This document shows, piece by piece, positions 40,201 to 54,100 of a stretch of 64,000 bases of DNA. The stretch is taken from assembly GCA_053919585.1 (NCBI GenBank), contig CM132827.1, one strand, 5' to 3'. Source of the stretch: Euprymna scolopes (taxonomy: Eukaryota). Position 1 is the stretch's first letter. Each line of letters starts with the position of its first letter. Made by a program: the position numbers and the translations under genes. Under the pieces are notes generated by a model. It saw nothing but the letters and a program-made list of their open reading frames with translations. It was not told the origin of the DNA and searched no databases.

Positions 40201-42189
40201 GCTCCGTGCCTATTGAACTAAGGCATGGTTCTAAAACAAGATTTCAACTCGGCGCCGAAGAAGACGGACGCATGTAATCTCGCTTCGTGTCTATTGAACT
40301 AAGGCATGGTTCTAAAACAAGATTTCAACTCGGCGCCGAAGAAGACGGACGCATGTAATCTCGCTCCTTGTCTATTGAACTAAGGCATGGTTCTAAAACA
40401 AGATTTCAACTCGGCGCCGAAGAAGAAAGACGCATGTAATCTCGCTCCGTGTCTATTGAACTAAGGCATGGTTCTAAAACAAGATTTCAACTCGGCGCCG
40501 AAGAAGAAAGACGCATGTAATCTCGCTCCGTGTCTATTGAACTAAGGCATGGTTCTAAAACAAGATTTCAACTCGGCGCCGAAGAAGAAAGACGCATGTA
40601 ATCTCGCTCCGTGTCTATTGAACTAAGGCATGGTTCTAAAACAAGATTTCAACTCGGCGCCGAAGAAGAAAGCCGCATGTAATCTCGCTCCTTGTCTATT
40701 GAACTAAGGCATGGTTCTAAAACAAGATTTCAACTCGGCGCCGAAGAAGAAAGACGCATGTAATCTCGCTCCGTGTCTATTGAACTAAGGCATGGTTCTA
40801 AAACAAGATTTCAACTCGGCGCCGAAGAAGACGGACGCATGTAATCTCGCTCCGTGTCTATTGAACTAAGGCATGGTTCTTAAACAAGATTTCAACTCGG
40901 CGCCGAAGAAGACGGACGCATGTAATCTCGCTCCGTGTCTATTGAACTAAGGCATGGTTCTAAAACAAGATTTCAACTCGGCGCCGAAGAAGAAAGACGC
41001 ATGTAATCTCGCTCCGTGTCTATTGAACTAAGGCATGGTTCTAAAACAAGATTTCAACTCGGCGCCGAAGAAGACGGACGCATGTAATCTCGCTCCGTGC
41101 CTATTGAACTAAGGCATGGTTCTAAAACAAGATTTCAACTCGGCGCCGAAGAAGACGGACGCATGTAATCTCGCTCCGTGCCTATTGAACTAAGGCATGG
41201 TTCTAAAACAAGATTTCAACTCGGCGCCGAAGAAGACGGACGCATGTAATCTCGCTCCGTGTCTATTGAACTAAGGCATGGTTCTAAAACAAGATTTCAA
41301 CTCGGCGCCGAAGAAGACGGATGCATGTAATCTCGCTCCGTGTCTATTGAACTAAGGCATGGTTCTAAAACAAGATTTCAACTCGGCGCCGAAGAAGACG
41401 GACGCATGTAATCTCGCTCCGTGTCTATTGAACTAAGGCATGGTTCTAAAACAAGATTTCAACTCGGCGCCGAAGAAGAAAGACGCATGTAATCTCGCTC
41501 CGTGTCTATTGAACTAAGGCATGGTTCTAAAACAAGATTTCAACTCGGCGCCGAAGAAGACGGACGCATGTAATCTCGCTTCGTGTCTATTGAACTAAGG
41601 CATGGTTCTAAAACAAGATTTCAACTCGGCGCCGAAGAAGACAGACGCATGTAATCTCGCTCCTTGTCTATTGAACTAAGGCATGGTTCTAAAACAAGAT
41701 TTCAACTCGGCGCCGAAGAAGAAAGACGCATGTAATCTCGCTCCGTGTCTATTGAACTAAGGCATGGTTCTAAAACAAGATTTCAACTCGGCGCCGAAGA
41801 AGACGGACGCATGTAATCTCGCTCCGTGTCTATTGAACTAAGGCATGGTTCTAAAACAAGATTTCAACTCGGCGCCGAAGAAGAAAGACGCATGTAATCT
41901 CGCTCCGTGTCTATTGAACTAAGGCATGGTTCTAAAACAAGATTTCAACTCGGCGCCGAAGAAGAAAGACGCATGTAATCTCGCTCCTTGTCTATTGAAC
42001 TAAGGCATGGTTCTAAAACAAGATTTGAACTCGGCGCCGAAGAAGAAAGACGCATGTAATCTCGCTCCGTGTCTATTGAACTAAAGCATGGTTCTAAAAC
42101 AAGATTTCAACTCGGCGCCGAAGAAGACGGACGCATGTAATCTCGCTCTGTGTCTATTGAACTAAGGCATGGTTCTTAAACAAGATTTC

Positions 42190-45100
42190 AACTCGGCGCC
42201 GAAGAAGACGGACGCATGTAATCTCGCTCCGTGTCTATTGAACTAAGGCATGGTTCTAAAACAAGATTTCAACTCGGCGCCGAAGAAGAAAGACGCATGT
42301 AATCTCGCTCCGTGTCTATTGAACTAAGGCATGGTTCTAAAACAAGATTTCAACTCGGCGCCGAAGAAGACGGACGCATGTAATCTCGCTCCGTGCCTAT
42401 TGAACTAAGGCATGGTTCTAAAACAAGATTTCAACTCGGCGCCGAAGAAGACGGACGCATGTAATCTCGCTCCGTGCCTATTGAACTAAGGCATGGTTCT
42501 AAAACAAGATTTCAACTCGGCGCCGAAGAAGACGGACGCATGTAATCTCGCTCCGTGTCTATTGAACTAAGGCATGGTTCTAAAACAAGATTTCAACTCG
42601 GCGCCGAAGAAGACGGATGCATGTAATCTCGCTCCGTGTCTATTGAACTAAGGCATGGTTCTAAAACAAGATTTCAACTCGGCGCCGAAGAAGACGGACG
42701 CATGTAATCTCGCTCCGTGCCTATTGAACTAAGGCATGGTTCTAAAACAAGATTTCAACTCGGCGCCGAAGAAGACGGACGCATGTAATCTCGCTTCGTG
42801 TCTATTGAACTAAGGCATGGTTCTAAAACAAGATTTCAACTCGGCGCCGAAGAAGACGGACGCATGTAATCTCGCTCCTTGTCTATTGAACTAAGGCATG
42901 GTTCTAAAACAAGATTTCAACTCGGCGCCGAAGAAGACGGACGCATGTAATCTCGCTTCGTGTCTATTGAACTAAGGCATGGTTCTAAAACAAGATTTCA
43001 ACTCGGCGCCGAAGAAGACGGACGCATTTAATCTCGCTCCGTGTCTATTGAACTAAGGCATGGTTCTTAAACAAGATTTCAACTCAGCGCCGAAGAAGAC
43101 GGACGCATGTAATCTCGCTTCGTGTCTATTGAACTAAGGCATGGTTCTTAAACAAGATTTCAACTCAGCGCCGAAGAAGACGGACGCATGTAATCTCGCT
43201 TCGTGTCTATTGAACTAAGGCATGGTTCTAAAACAAGATTTCAACTCGGCGCCGAAAAAGACGGACGCATGTAATCTCGCTCCTTGTCTATTGAACTAAG
43301 GCATGGTTCTAAAACAAGATTTCAACTCGGCGCCGAAGAAGACGGACGCATGTAATCTCGCTCCTTGTCTATTGAACTAAGGCATGGTTCTAAAACAAGA
43401 TTTCAACTCGGCGCCGAAGAAGACGGACGCATGTAATCTCGCTTCGTGTCTATTGAACTAAGGCATGGTTCTAAAACAAGATTTCAACTCGGCGCCGAAG
43501 AAGACGGACGCATTTAATCTCGCTCCGTGTCTATTGAACTAAGGCATGGTTCTTAAACAAGATTTCAACTCAGCGCCGAAGAAGACGGACGCATGTAATC
43601 TCGCTTCGTGTCTATTGAACTAAGGCATGGTTCTTAAACAAGATTTCAACTCAGCGCCGAAGAAGACGGACGCATGTAATCTCGCTTCGTGTCTATTGAA
43701 CTAAGGCATGGTTCTAAAACAAGATTTCAACTCGGCGCCGAAAAAGACGGACGCATGTAATCTCGCTCCTTGTCTATTGAACTAAGGCATGGTTCTAAAA
43801 CAAGATTTCAACTCGGCGCCGAAGAAGACGGACGCATGTAATCTCGCTCCTTGTCTATTGAACTAAGGCATGGTTCTAAAACAAGATTTCAACTCGGCGC
43901 CGAAGAAGACGGACGCATGTAATCTCGCTCCGTGTCTATTGAACTAAGGCATGGTTCTAAAACAAGATTTCAACTCGGCGCCGAAGAAGACGGACGCATG
44001 TAATCTCGCTCCGTGTCTATTGAACTAAGGCATGGTTCTAAAACAAGATTTCAACTCGGCGCCGAAGAAGACGGACGCATGTAATCTCGCTCCGTGCCTA
44101 TTGAACTAAGGCATGGTTCTAAAACAAGATTTCAACTCGGCGCCGAAGAAGACGGACGCATGTAATCTCGCTCCGTGTCTATTGAACTAAGGCATGGTTC
44201 TAAAACAAGATTTCAACTCGGCGCCGAAGAAGACAGACGCATGTAATCTCGCTCCGTGCCTATTGAACTAAGGCATGGTTCTAAAACAAGATTTCAACTC
44301 GGCGCCGACGAAGACGGACGCATGTAATCTCGCTCCGTGCCTATTGAACTAAGGCATGGTTCTAAAACAAGATTTCAACTCGGCGCCGAAGAAGACGGAC
44401 GCATGTAATCTCGCTCCATGTCTATTGAACTAAGGCATGGTTCTAAAACAAGATTTCAACTCGGCGCCGAAGAAGACGGACGCATGTAATCTCGCTCCGT
44501 GTCTATTGAACTAAGGCATGGTTCTTAAACAAGATTTCAACTCGGCGCCGAAGAAGACGGACGCATGTAATCTCGCTCCGTGTCTATTGAACTAAGGCAT
44601 GGTTCTTAAACAAGATTTCAACTCGGCGCCGAAGAAGACGGACGCATGTAATCTCGCTTCGTGTCTATTGAACTAAGGCATGGTTCTAAAACAAGATTTC
44701 AACTCGGCGCCGAAGAAGACGGACGCATGTAATCTCGCTCCTTGTCTATTGAACTAAGGCATGGTTCTAAAACAAGATTTCAACTCGGCGCCGAAGAAGA
44801 CGGACGCATGTAATCTCGCTTCGTGTCTATTGAACTAAGGCATGGTTCTAAAACAAGATTTCAACTCGGCGCCGAAGAAGACGGACGCATGTAATCTCGC
44901 TCCGTGTCTATTGAACTAAGGCATGGTTCTTAAACAAGATTTCAACTCGGCGCCGAAGAAGACGGACGCATGTAATCTCGCTTCGTGTCTATTGAACTAA
45001 GGCATGGTTCTTAAACAAGATTTCAACTCAGCGCCGAAGAAGACAGACGCATGTAATCTCGCTTCGTGTCTATTGAACTAAGGCATGGTTCTAAAACAAG

Positions 45101-48100
45101 ATTTCAACTCGGCGCCGAAGAAGACGGACGCATGTAATCTCGCTCCTTGTCTATTGAACTAAGGCATGGTTCTAAAACAAGATTTCAACTCGGCGCCGAA
45201 GAAGACGGACGCATGTAATCTCGCTCCGTGTCTATTGAACTAAGGCATGGTTCTTAAACAAGATTTCAACTCGGCGCCGAAGAAGACGGACGCATGTAAT
45301 CTCGCTCCGTGTCTATTGAACTAAGGCATGGTTCTAAAACAAGATTTCAACTCGGCGCAGAAGAAGAAAGACGCATGTAATCTCGCTCCGTGTCTATTGA
45401 ACTAAGGCATGGTTCTAAAACAAGATTTCAACTCGGCGCCGAAGAAGACGGACGCATGTAATCTCGCTCCGTGTCTATTGAACTAAGGCATGGTTCTAAA
45501 ACAAGATTTCAACTCGGCGCCGAAGAAGACGGACGCATGTAATCTCGCTCCGTGTCTATTGAACTAAGGCATGGTTCTTAAACAAGATTTCAACTCGGCG
45601 CCGAAGAAGACGGACGCATGTAATCTCGCTCCGTGTCTATTGAACTAAGGCATGGTTCTAAAACAAGATTTCAACTCGGCGCCGAAGAAGACGGACGCAT
45701 GTAATCTCGCTCCGTGCCTATTGAACTAAGGCATGGTTCTAAAACAAGATTTCAACTCAGCGCCGAAGAAGACAGACGCATGTAATCTCGCTCCGTGCCT
45801 ATTGAACTAAGGCATGGTTCTAAAACAAGATTTCAACTCGGCGCCGAAGAAGACAGACGCATGTAATCTCGCTCCGTGCCTATTGAACTAAGGCATGGTT
45901 CTAAAACAAGATTTCAACTCGGCGCCGAAGAAGACGGACGCATGTAATCTCGCTCCGTGCCTATTGAACTAAGGCATGGTTCTAAAACAAGATTTCAACT
46001 CGGCGCCGAAGAAGACGGACGCATGTAATCTCGCTCCGTGCCTATTGAACTAAGGCATGGTTCTAAAACAAGATTTCAACCTGGCGCCGAAGAAGAAAGA
46101 CGCATGTAATCTCGCTCCGTGTCTATTGAACTAAGGCATGGTTCTAAAACAAGATTTCAACTCGGCGCCGAAGAAGAAAGACGCATGTAATCTCGCTCCT
46201 TGTCTATTGAACTAAGGCATGGTTCTAAAACAAGATTTAAACTCGGCGCCGAAGAAGACGGACGCATGTAATCTCGCTTCGTGTCTATTGAACTAAGGCA
46301 TGGTTCTAAAACAAGATTTCAACTCGGCGCCGAAGAAGACGGACGCATGTAATCTCGCTCCGTGCCTATTGAACTAAGGCATGGTTCTAAAACAAGATTT
46401 CAACTCGGCGCCGAAGAAGAAAGACGCATGTAATCTCGCTCCGTGTCTATTGAACTAAGGCATGGTTCTAAAACAAGATTTCAACTCGGCGCCGAAGAAG
46501 ACGGACGCATGTAATCTCGCTCCGTGTCTATTGAACTAAGGCATGGTTCTAAAACAAGATTTCAACTCGGCGCCGAAGAAGAAAGACGCATGTAATCTCG
46601 CTCCGTGTCTATTGAACTAAGGCATGGTTCTAAAACAAGATTTCAACTCGGCGCCGAAGAAGAAAGACGCATGTAATCTCGCTCAGTGTCTATTGAACTA
46701 AGGCATGGTTCTAAAACAAGATTTCAACTCGGCGCCGAAGAAGAAAGACGCATGTAATCTCGCTCCGTGTCTATTGAACTAAGGCATGGTTCTAAAACAA
46801 GATTTCAACTCGGCGCCGAAGAAGAAAGACGCATGTAATCTCGCTCCGTGTCTATTGAACTAAGGCATGGTTCTAAAACAAGATTTCAACTCGGCGCCGA
46901 AGAAGACGGACGCATGTAATCTCGCTCCGTGCCTATTGAACTAAGGCATGGTTCTAAAACAAGATTTCAACTCGGCGCCGAAGAAGACGGACGCATGTAA
47001 TCTCGCTCCGTGCCTATTGAACTAAGGCATGGTTCTAAAACAAGATTTCAACTCGGCGCCGAAGAAGACGGACGCATGTAATCTCGCTCCGTGTCTATTG
47101 AACTAAGGCATGGTTCTAAAACAAGATTTCAACTCGGCGCCGAAGAAGACGGACGCATGTAATCTCGCTCCGTGTCTATTGAACTAAGGCATGGTTCTAA
47201 AACAAGATTTCAACTCGGCGCCGAAGAAGACGGACGCATGTAATCTCGCTTCGTGTCTATTGAACTAAGGCATGGTTCTAAAACAAGATTTCAACTCGGC
47301 GCCGAAGAAGACGGACGCATGTAATCTCGCTCCGTGTCTATTGAACTAAGGCATGGTTCTTAAACAAGATTTCAACTCGGCGCCGAAGAAGACGGACGCA
47401 TGTAATCTCGCTTCGTGTCTATTGAACTAAGGCATGGTTCTAAAACAAGATTTCAACTCGGCGCCGAAGAAGAAAGACGCATGTAATCTCGCTCCGTGTC
47501 TATTGAACTAAGGCATGGTTCTAAAACAAGATTTCAACTCGGCGCCGAAGAAGACGGACGCATGTAATCTCGCTCCGTGTCTATTGAACTAAGGCATGGT
47601 TCTAAAACAAGATTTCAACTCGGCGCCGAAGAAGACGGACGCATGTAATCTCGCTCCGTGTCTATTGAACTAAGGCATGGTTCTTAAACAAGATTTCAAC
47701 TCGGCGCCGAAGAAGACGGACGCATGTAATCTCGCTCCGTGTCTATTGAACTAAGGCATGGTTCTAAAACAAGATTTCAACTCGGCGCCGAAGAAGACGG
47801 ACGCATGTAATCTCGCTCCGTGCCTATTGAACTAAGGCATGGTTCTAAAACAAGATTTCAAATCGGCGCCGAAGAAGACGGACGCATGTAATCTCGCTCC
47901 GTGCCTATTGAACTAAGGCATGGTTCTAAAACAAGATTTCAACTCGGCGCCGAAGAAGACAGACGCATGTAATCTCGCTCCGTGCCTATTGAACTAAGGC
48001 ATGGTTCTAAAACAAGATTTCAACTCGGCGCCGAAGAAGACGGATGCATGTAATCTCGCTCCGTGCCTATTGAACTAAGGCATGGTTCTAAAACAAGATT

Positions 48101-51100
48101 TCAACTCGGCGCCGAAGAAGACGGACGCATGTAATCTCGCTCCGTGCCTATTGAACTAAGGCATGGTTCTAAAACAAGATTTCAACTCGGCGCCGAAGAA
48201 GAAAGACGCATGTAATCTCGCTCCGTGTCTATTGAACTAAGGCATGGTTCTAAAACAAGATTTCAACTCGGCGCCGAAGAAGAAAGACGCATGTAATCTC
48301 GCTCCGTGTCTATTGAACTAAGGCATGGTTCTAAAACAAGATTTCAACTCGGCGCCGAAGAAGACGGACGCATGTAATCTCGCTTCGTGTCTATTGAACT
48401 AAGGCATGGTTCTAAAACAAGATTTCAACTCGGCGCCGAAGAAGACGGACGCATGTAATCTCGCTCCTTGTCTATTGAACTAAGGCATGGTTCTAAAACA
48501 AGATTTCAACTCGGCGCCGAAGAAGAAAGACGCATGTAATCTCGCTCCGTGTCTATTGAACTAAGGCATGGTTCTAAAACAAGATTTCAACTCGGCGCCG
48601 AAGAAGAAAGACGCATGTAATCTCGCTCCGTGTCTATTGAACTAAGGCATGGTTCTAAAACAAGATTTCAACTCGGCGCCGAAGAAGAAAGACGCATGTA
48701 ATCTCGCTCCGTGTCTATTGAACTAAGGCATGGTTCTAAAACAAGATTTCAACTCGGCGCCGAAGAAGAAAGACGCATGTAATCTCGCTCCTTGTCTATT
48801 GAACTAAGGCATGGTTCTAAAACAAGATTTCAACTCGGCGCCGAAGAAGAAAGACGCATGTAATCTCGCTCCGTGTCTATTGAACTAAGGCATGGTTCTA
48901 AAACAAGATTTCAACTCGGCGCCGAAGAAGACGGACGCATGTAATCTCGCTCCGTGTCTATTGAACTAAGGCATGGTTCTTAAACAAGATTTCAACTCGG
49001 CGCCGAAGAAGACGGACGCATGTAATCTCGCTCCGTGTCTATTGAACTAAGGCATGGTTCTAAAACAAGATTTCAACTCGGCGCCGAAGAAGAAAGACGC
49101 ATGTAATCTCGCTCCGTGTCTATTGAACTAAGGCATGGTTCTAAAACAAGATTTCAACTCGGCGCCGAAGAAGACGGACGCATGTAATCTCGCTCCGTGC
49201 CTATTGAACTAAGGCATGGTTCTAAAACAAGATTTCAACTCGGCGCCGAAGAAGACGGACGCATGTAATCTCGCTTCGTGTCTATTGAACTAAGGCATGG
49301 TTCTAAAACAAGATTTCAACTCGGCGCCGAAGAAGACGGACGCATGTAATCTCGCTCCTTGTCTATTGAACTAAGGCATGGTTCTAAAACAAGATTTCAA
49401 CTCGGCGCCGAAGAAGAAAGACGCATGTAATCTCGCTCCGTGTCTATTGAACTAAGGCATGGTTCTAAAACAAGATTTCAACTCGGCGCCGAAGAAGAAA
49501 GACGCATGTAATCTCGCTCCGTGTCTATTGAACTAAGGCATGGTTCTAAAACAAGATTTCAACTCGGCGCCGAAGAAGAAAGACGCATGTAATCTCGCTC
49601 CGTGTCTATTGAACTAAGGCATGGTTCTAAAACAAGATTTCAACTCGGCGCCGAAGAAGAAAGACGCATGTAATCTCGCTCCTTGTCTATTGAACTAAGG
49701 CATGGTTCTAAAACAAGATTTCAACTCGGCGCCGAAGAAGAAAGACGCATGTAATCTCGCTCCGTGTCTATTGAACTAAGGCATGGTTCTAAAACAAGAT
49801 TTCAACTCGGCGCCGAAGAAGACGGACGCATGTAATCTCGCTCCGTGTCTATTGAACTAAGGCATGGTTCTTAAACAAGATTTCAACTCGGCGCCGAAGA
49901 AGACGGACGCATGTAATCTCGCTCCGTGTCTATTGAACTAAGGCATGGTTCTAAAACAAGATTTCAACTCGGCGCCGAAGAAGAAAGACGCATGTAATCT
50001 CGCTCCGTGTCTATTGAACTAAGGCATGGTTCTAAAACAAGATTTCAACTCGGCGCCGAAGAAGACGGACGCATGTAATCTCGCTCCGTGCCTATTGAAC
50101 TAAGGCATGGTTCTAAAACAAGATTTCAACTCGGCGCCGAAGAAGACGGACGCATGTAATCTCGCTCCGTGCCTATTGAACTAAGGCATGGTTCTAAAAC
50201 AAGATTTCAACTCGGCGCCGAAGAAGACGGACGCATGTAATCTCGCTCCGTGTCTATTGAACTAAGGCATGGTTCTAAAACAAGATTTCAACTCGGCGCC
50301 GAAGAAGACGGACGCATGTAATCTCGCTCCTTGTCTATTGAACTAAGGCATGGTTCTAAAACAAGATTTCAACTCGGCGCCGAAGAAGAAAGACGCATGT
50401 AATCTCGCTCCGTGTCTATTGAACTAAGGCATGGTTCTAAAACAAGATTTCAACTCGGCGCCGAAGAAGAAAGACGCATGTAATCTCGCTCCGTGTCTAT
50501 TGAACTAAGGCATGGTTCTAAAACAAGATTTCAACTCGGCGCCGAAGAAGAAAGACGCATGTAATCTCGCTCCGTGTCTATTGAACTAAGGCATGGTTCT
50601 AAAACAAGATTTCAACTCGGCGCCGAAGAAGAAAGACGCATGTAATCTCGCTCCTTGTCTATTGAACTAAGGCATGGTTCTAAAACAAGATTTCAACTCG
50701 GCGCCGAAGAAGAAAGACGCATGTAATCTCGCTCCGTGTCTATTGAACTAAGGCATGGTTCTAAAACAAGATTTCAACTCGGCGCCGAAGAAGACGGACG
50801 CATGTAATCTCGCTCTGTGTCTATTGAACTAAGGCATGGTTCTTAAACAAGATTTCAACTCGGCGCCGAAGAAGACGGACGCATGTAATCTCGCTCCGTG
50901 TCTATTGAACTAAGGCATGGTTCTAAAACAAGATTTCAACTCGGCGCCGAAGAAGAAAGACGCATGTAATCTCGCTCCGTGTCTATTGAACTAAGGCATG
51001 GTTCTAAAACAAGATTTCAACTCGGCGCCGAAGAAGACGGACGCATGTAATCTCGCTCCGTGCCTATTGAACTAAGGCATGGTTCTAAAACAAGATTTCA

Positions 51101-54100
51101 ACTCGGCGCCGAAGAAGACGGACGCATGTAATCTCGCTCCGTGCCTATTGAACTAAGGCATGGTTCTAAAACAAGATTTCAACTCGGCGCCGAAGAAGAC
51201 GGACGCATGTAATCTCGCTCCGTGTCTATTGAACTAAGGCATGGTTCTAAAACAAGATTTCAACTCGGCGCCGAAGAAGACGGATGCATGTAATCTCGCT
51301 CCGTGTCTATTGAACTAAGGCATGGTTCTAAAACAAGATTTCAACTCGGCGCCGAAGAAGACGGACGCATGTAATCTCGCTCCGTGCCTATTGAACTAAG
51401 GCATGGTTCTAAAACAAGATTTCAACTCGGCGCCGAAGAAGACGGACGCATGTAATCTCGCTTCGTGTCTATTGAACTAAGGCATGGTTCTAAAACAAGA
51501 TTTCAACTCGGCGCCGAAGAAGACGGACGCATGTAATCTCGCTCCTTGTCTATTGAACTAAGGCATGGTTCTAAAACAAGATTTCAACTCGGCGCCGAAG
51601 AAGACGGACGCATGTAATCTCGCTTCGTGTCTATTGAACTAAGGCATGGTTCTAAAACAAGATTTCAACTCGGCGCCGAAGAAGACGGACGCATGTAATC
51701 TCGCTCCTTGTCTATTGAACTAAGGCATGGTTCTAAAACAAGATTTCAACTCGGCGCCGAAGAAGACGGACGCATGTAATCTCGCTTCGTGTCTATTGAA
51801 CTAAGGCATGGTTCTAAAACAAGATTTCAACTCGGCGCCGAAGAAGACGGACGCATTTAATCTCGCTCCGTGTCTATTGAACTAAGGCATGGTTCTTAAA
51901 CAAGATTTCAACTCAGCGCCGAAGAAGACGGACGCATGTAATCTCGCTTCGTGTCTATTGAACTAAGGCATGGTTCTTAAACAAGATTTCAACTCAGCGC
52001 CGAAGAAGACGGACGCATGTAATCTCGCTTCGTGTCTATTGAACTAAGGCATGGTTCTAAAACAAGATTTCAACTCGGCGCCGAAAAAGACGGACGCATG
52101 TAATCTCGCTCCTTGTCTATTGAACTAAGGCATGGTTCTAAAACAAGATTTCAACTCGGCGCCGAAGAAGACGGACGCATGTAATCTCGCTCCTTGTCTA
52201 TTGAACTAAGGCATGGTTCTAAAACAAGATTTCAACTCGGCGCCGAAGAAGAAAGACGCATGTAATCTCGCTCCGTGTCTATTGAACTAAGGCATGGTTC
52301 TAAAACAAGATTTCAACTCGGCGCCGAAGAAGACGGACGCATGTAATCTCGCTCCGTGTCTATTGAACTAAGGCATGGTTCTTAAACAAGATTTCAACTC
52401 GGCGCCGAAGAAGACGGACGCATGTAATCTCGCTCCGTGTCTATTGAACTAAGGCATGGTTCTAAAACAAGATTTCAACTCGGCGCCGAAGAAGAAAGAC
52501 GCATGTAATCTCGCTCCGTGCCTATTGAACTAAGGCATGGTTCTAAAACAAGATTTCAACTCGGCGCCGAAGAAGACGGACGCATGTAATCTCGCTCCGT
52601 GCCTATTGAACTAAGGCATGGTTCTAAAACAAGATTTCAACTCGGCGCCGAAGAAGACGGACGCATGTAATCTCGCTCCGTGCCTATTGAACTAAGGCAT
52701 GGTTCTAAAACAAGATTTCAACTCGGCGCCGAAGAAGACGGACGCATGTAATCTCGCTCCGTGTCTATTGAACTAAGGCATGGTTCTAAAACAAGATTTC
52801 AACTCGGCGCCGAAGAAGACGGACGCATGTAATCTCGCTCCTTGTCTATTGAACTAAGGCATGGTTCTAAAACAAGATTTCAACTCGGCGCCGAAGAAGA
52901 AAGACGCATGTAATCTCGCTCCGTGTCTATTGAACTAAGGCATGGTTCTAAAACAAGATTTCAACTCGGCGCCGAAGAAGAAAGACGCATGTAATCTCGC
53001 TCCTTGTCTATTGAACTAAGGCATGGTTCTAAAACAAGATTTCAACTCGGCGCCGAAGAAGAAAGACGCATGTAATCTCGCTCCGTGTCTATTGAACTAA
53101 GGCATGGTTCTAAAACAAGATTTCAACTCGGCGCCGAAGAAGAAAGACGCATGTAATCTCGCTCCTTGTCTATTGAACTAAGGCATGGTTCTAAAACAAG
53201 ATTTCAACTCGGCGCCGAAGAAGACGGACGCATGTAATCTCGCTCCGTGTCTATTGAACTAAGGCATGGTTCTAAAACAAGATTTCAACTCGGCGCCGAA
53301 GAAGAAAGACGCATGTAATCTCGCTCCGTGTCTATTGAACTAAGGCATGGTTCTAAAACAAGATTTCAACTCGGCGCCGAAGAAGACGGACGCATGTAAT
53401 CTCGCTCCGTGCCTATTGAACTAAGGCATGGTTCTAAAACAAGATTTCAACTCGGCGCCGAAGAAGACGGACGCATGTAATCTCGCTCCGTGCCTATTGA
53501 ACTAAGGCATGGTTCTAAAACAAGATTTCAACTCGGCGCCGAAGAAGACGGACGCATGTAATCTCGCTCCGTGTCTATTGAACTAAGGCATGGTTCTAAA
53601 ACAAGATTTCAACTCGGCGCCGAAGAAGACGGATGCATGTAATCTCGCTCCGTGTCTATTGAACTAAGGCATGGTTCTAAAACAAGATTTCAACTCGGCG
53701 CCGAAGAAGACGGACGCATGTAATCTCGCTCCGTGCCTATTGAACTAAGGCATGGTTCTAAAACAAGATTTCAACTCGGCGCCGAAGAAGACGGACGCAT
53801 GTAATCTCGCTTCGTGTCTATTGAACTAAGGCATGGTTCTAAAACAAGATTTCAACTCGGCGCCGAAGAAGACGGACGCATGTAATCTCGCTCCTTGTCT
53901 ATTGAACTAAGGCATGGTTCTAAAACAAGATTTCAACTCGGCGCCGAAGAAGACGGACGCATGTAATCTCGCTTCGTGTCTATTGAACTAAGGCATGGTT
54001 CTAAAACAAGATTTCAACTCGGCGCCGAAGAAGACGGACGCATTTAATCTCGCTCCGTGTCTATTGAACTAAGGCATGGTTCTTAAACAAGATTTCAACT

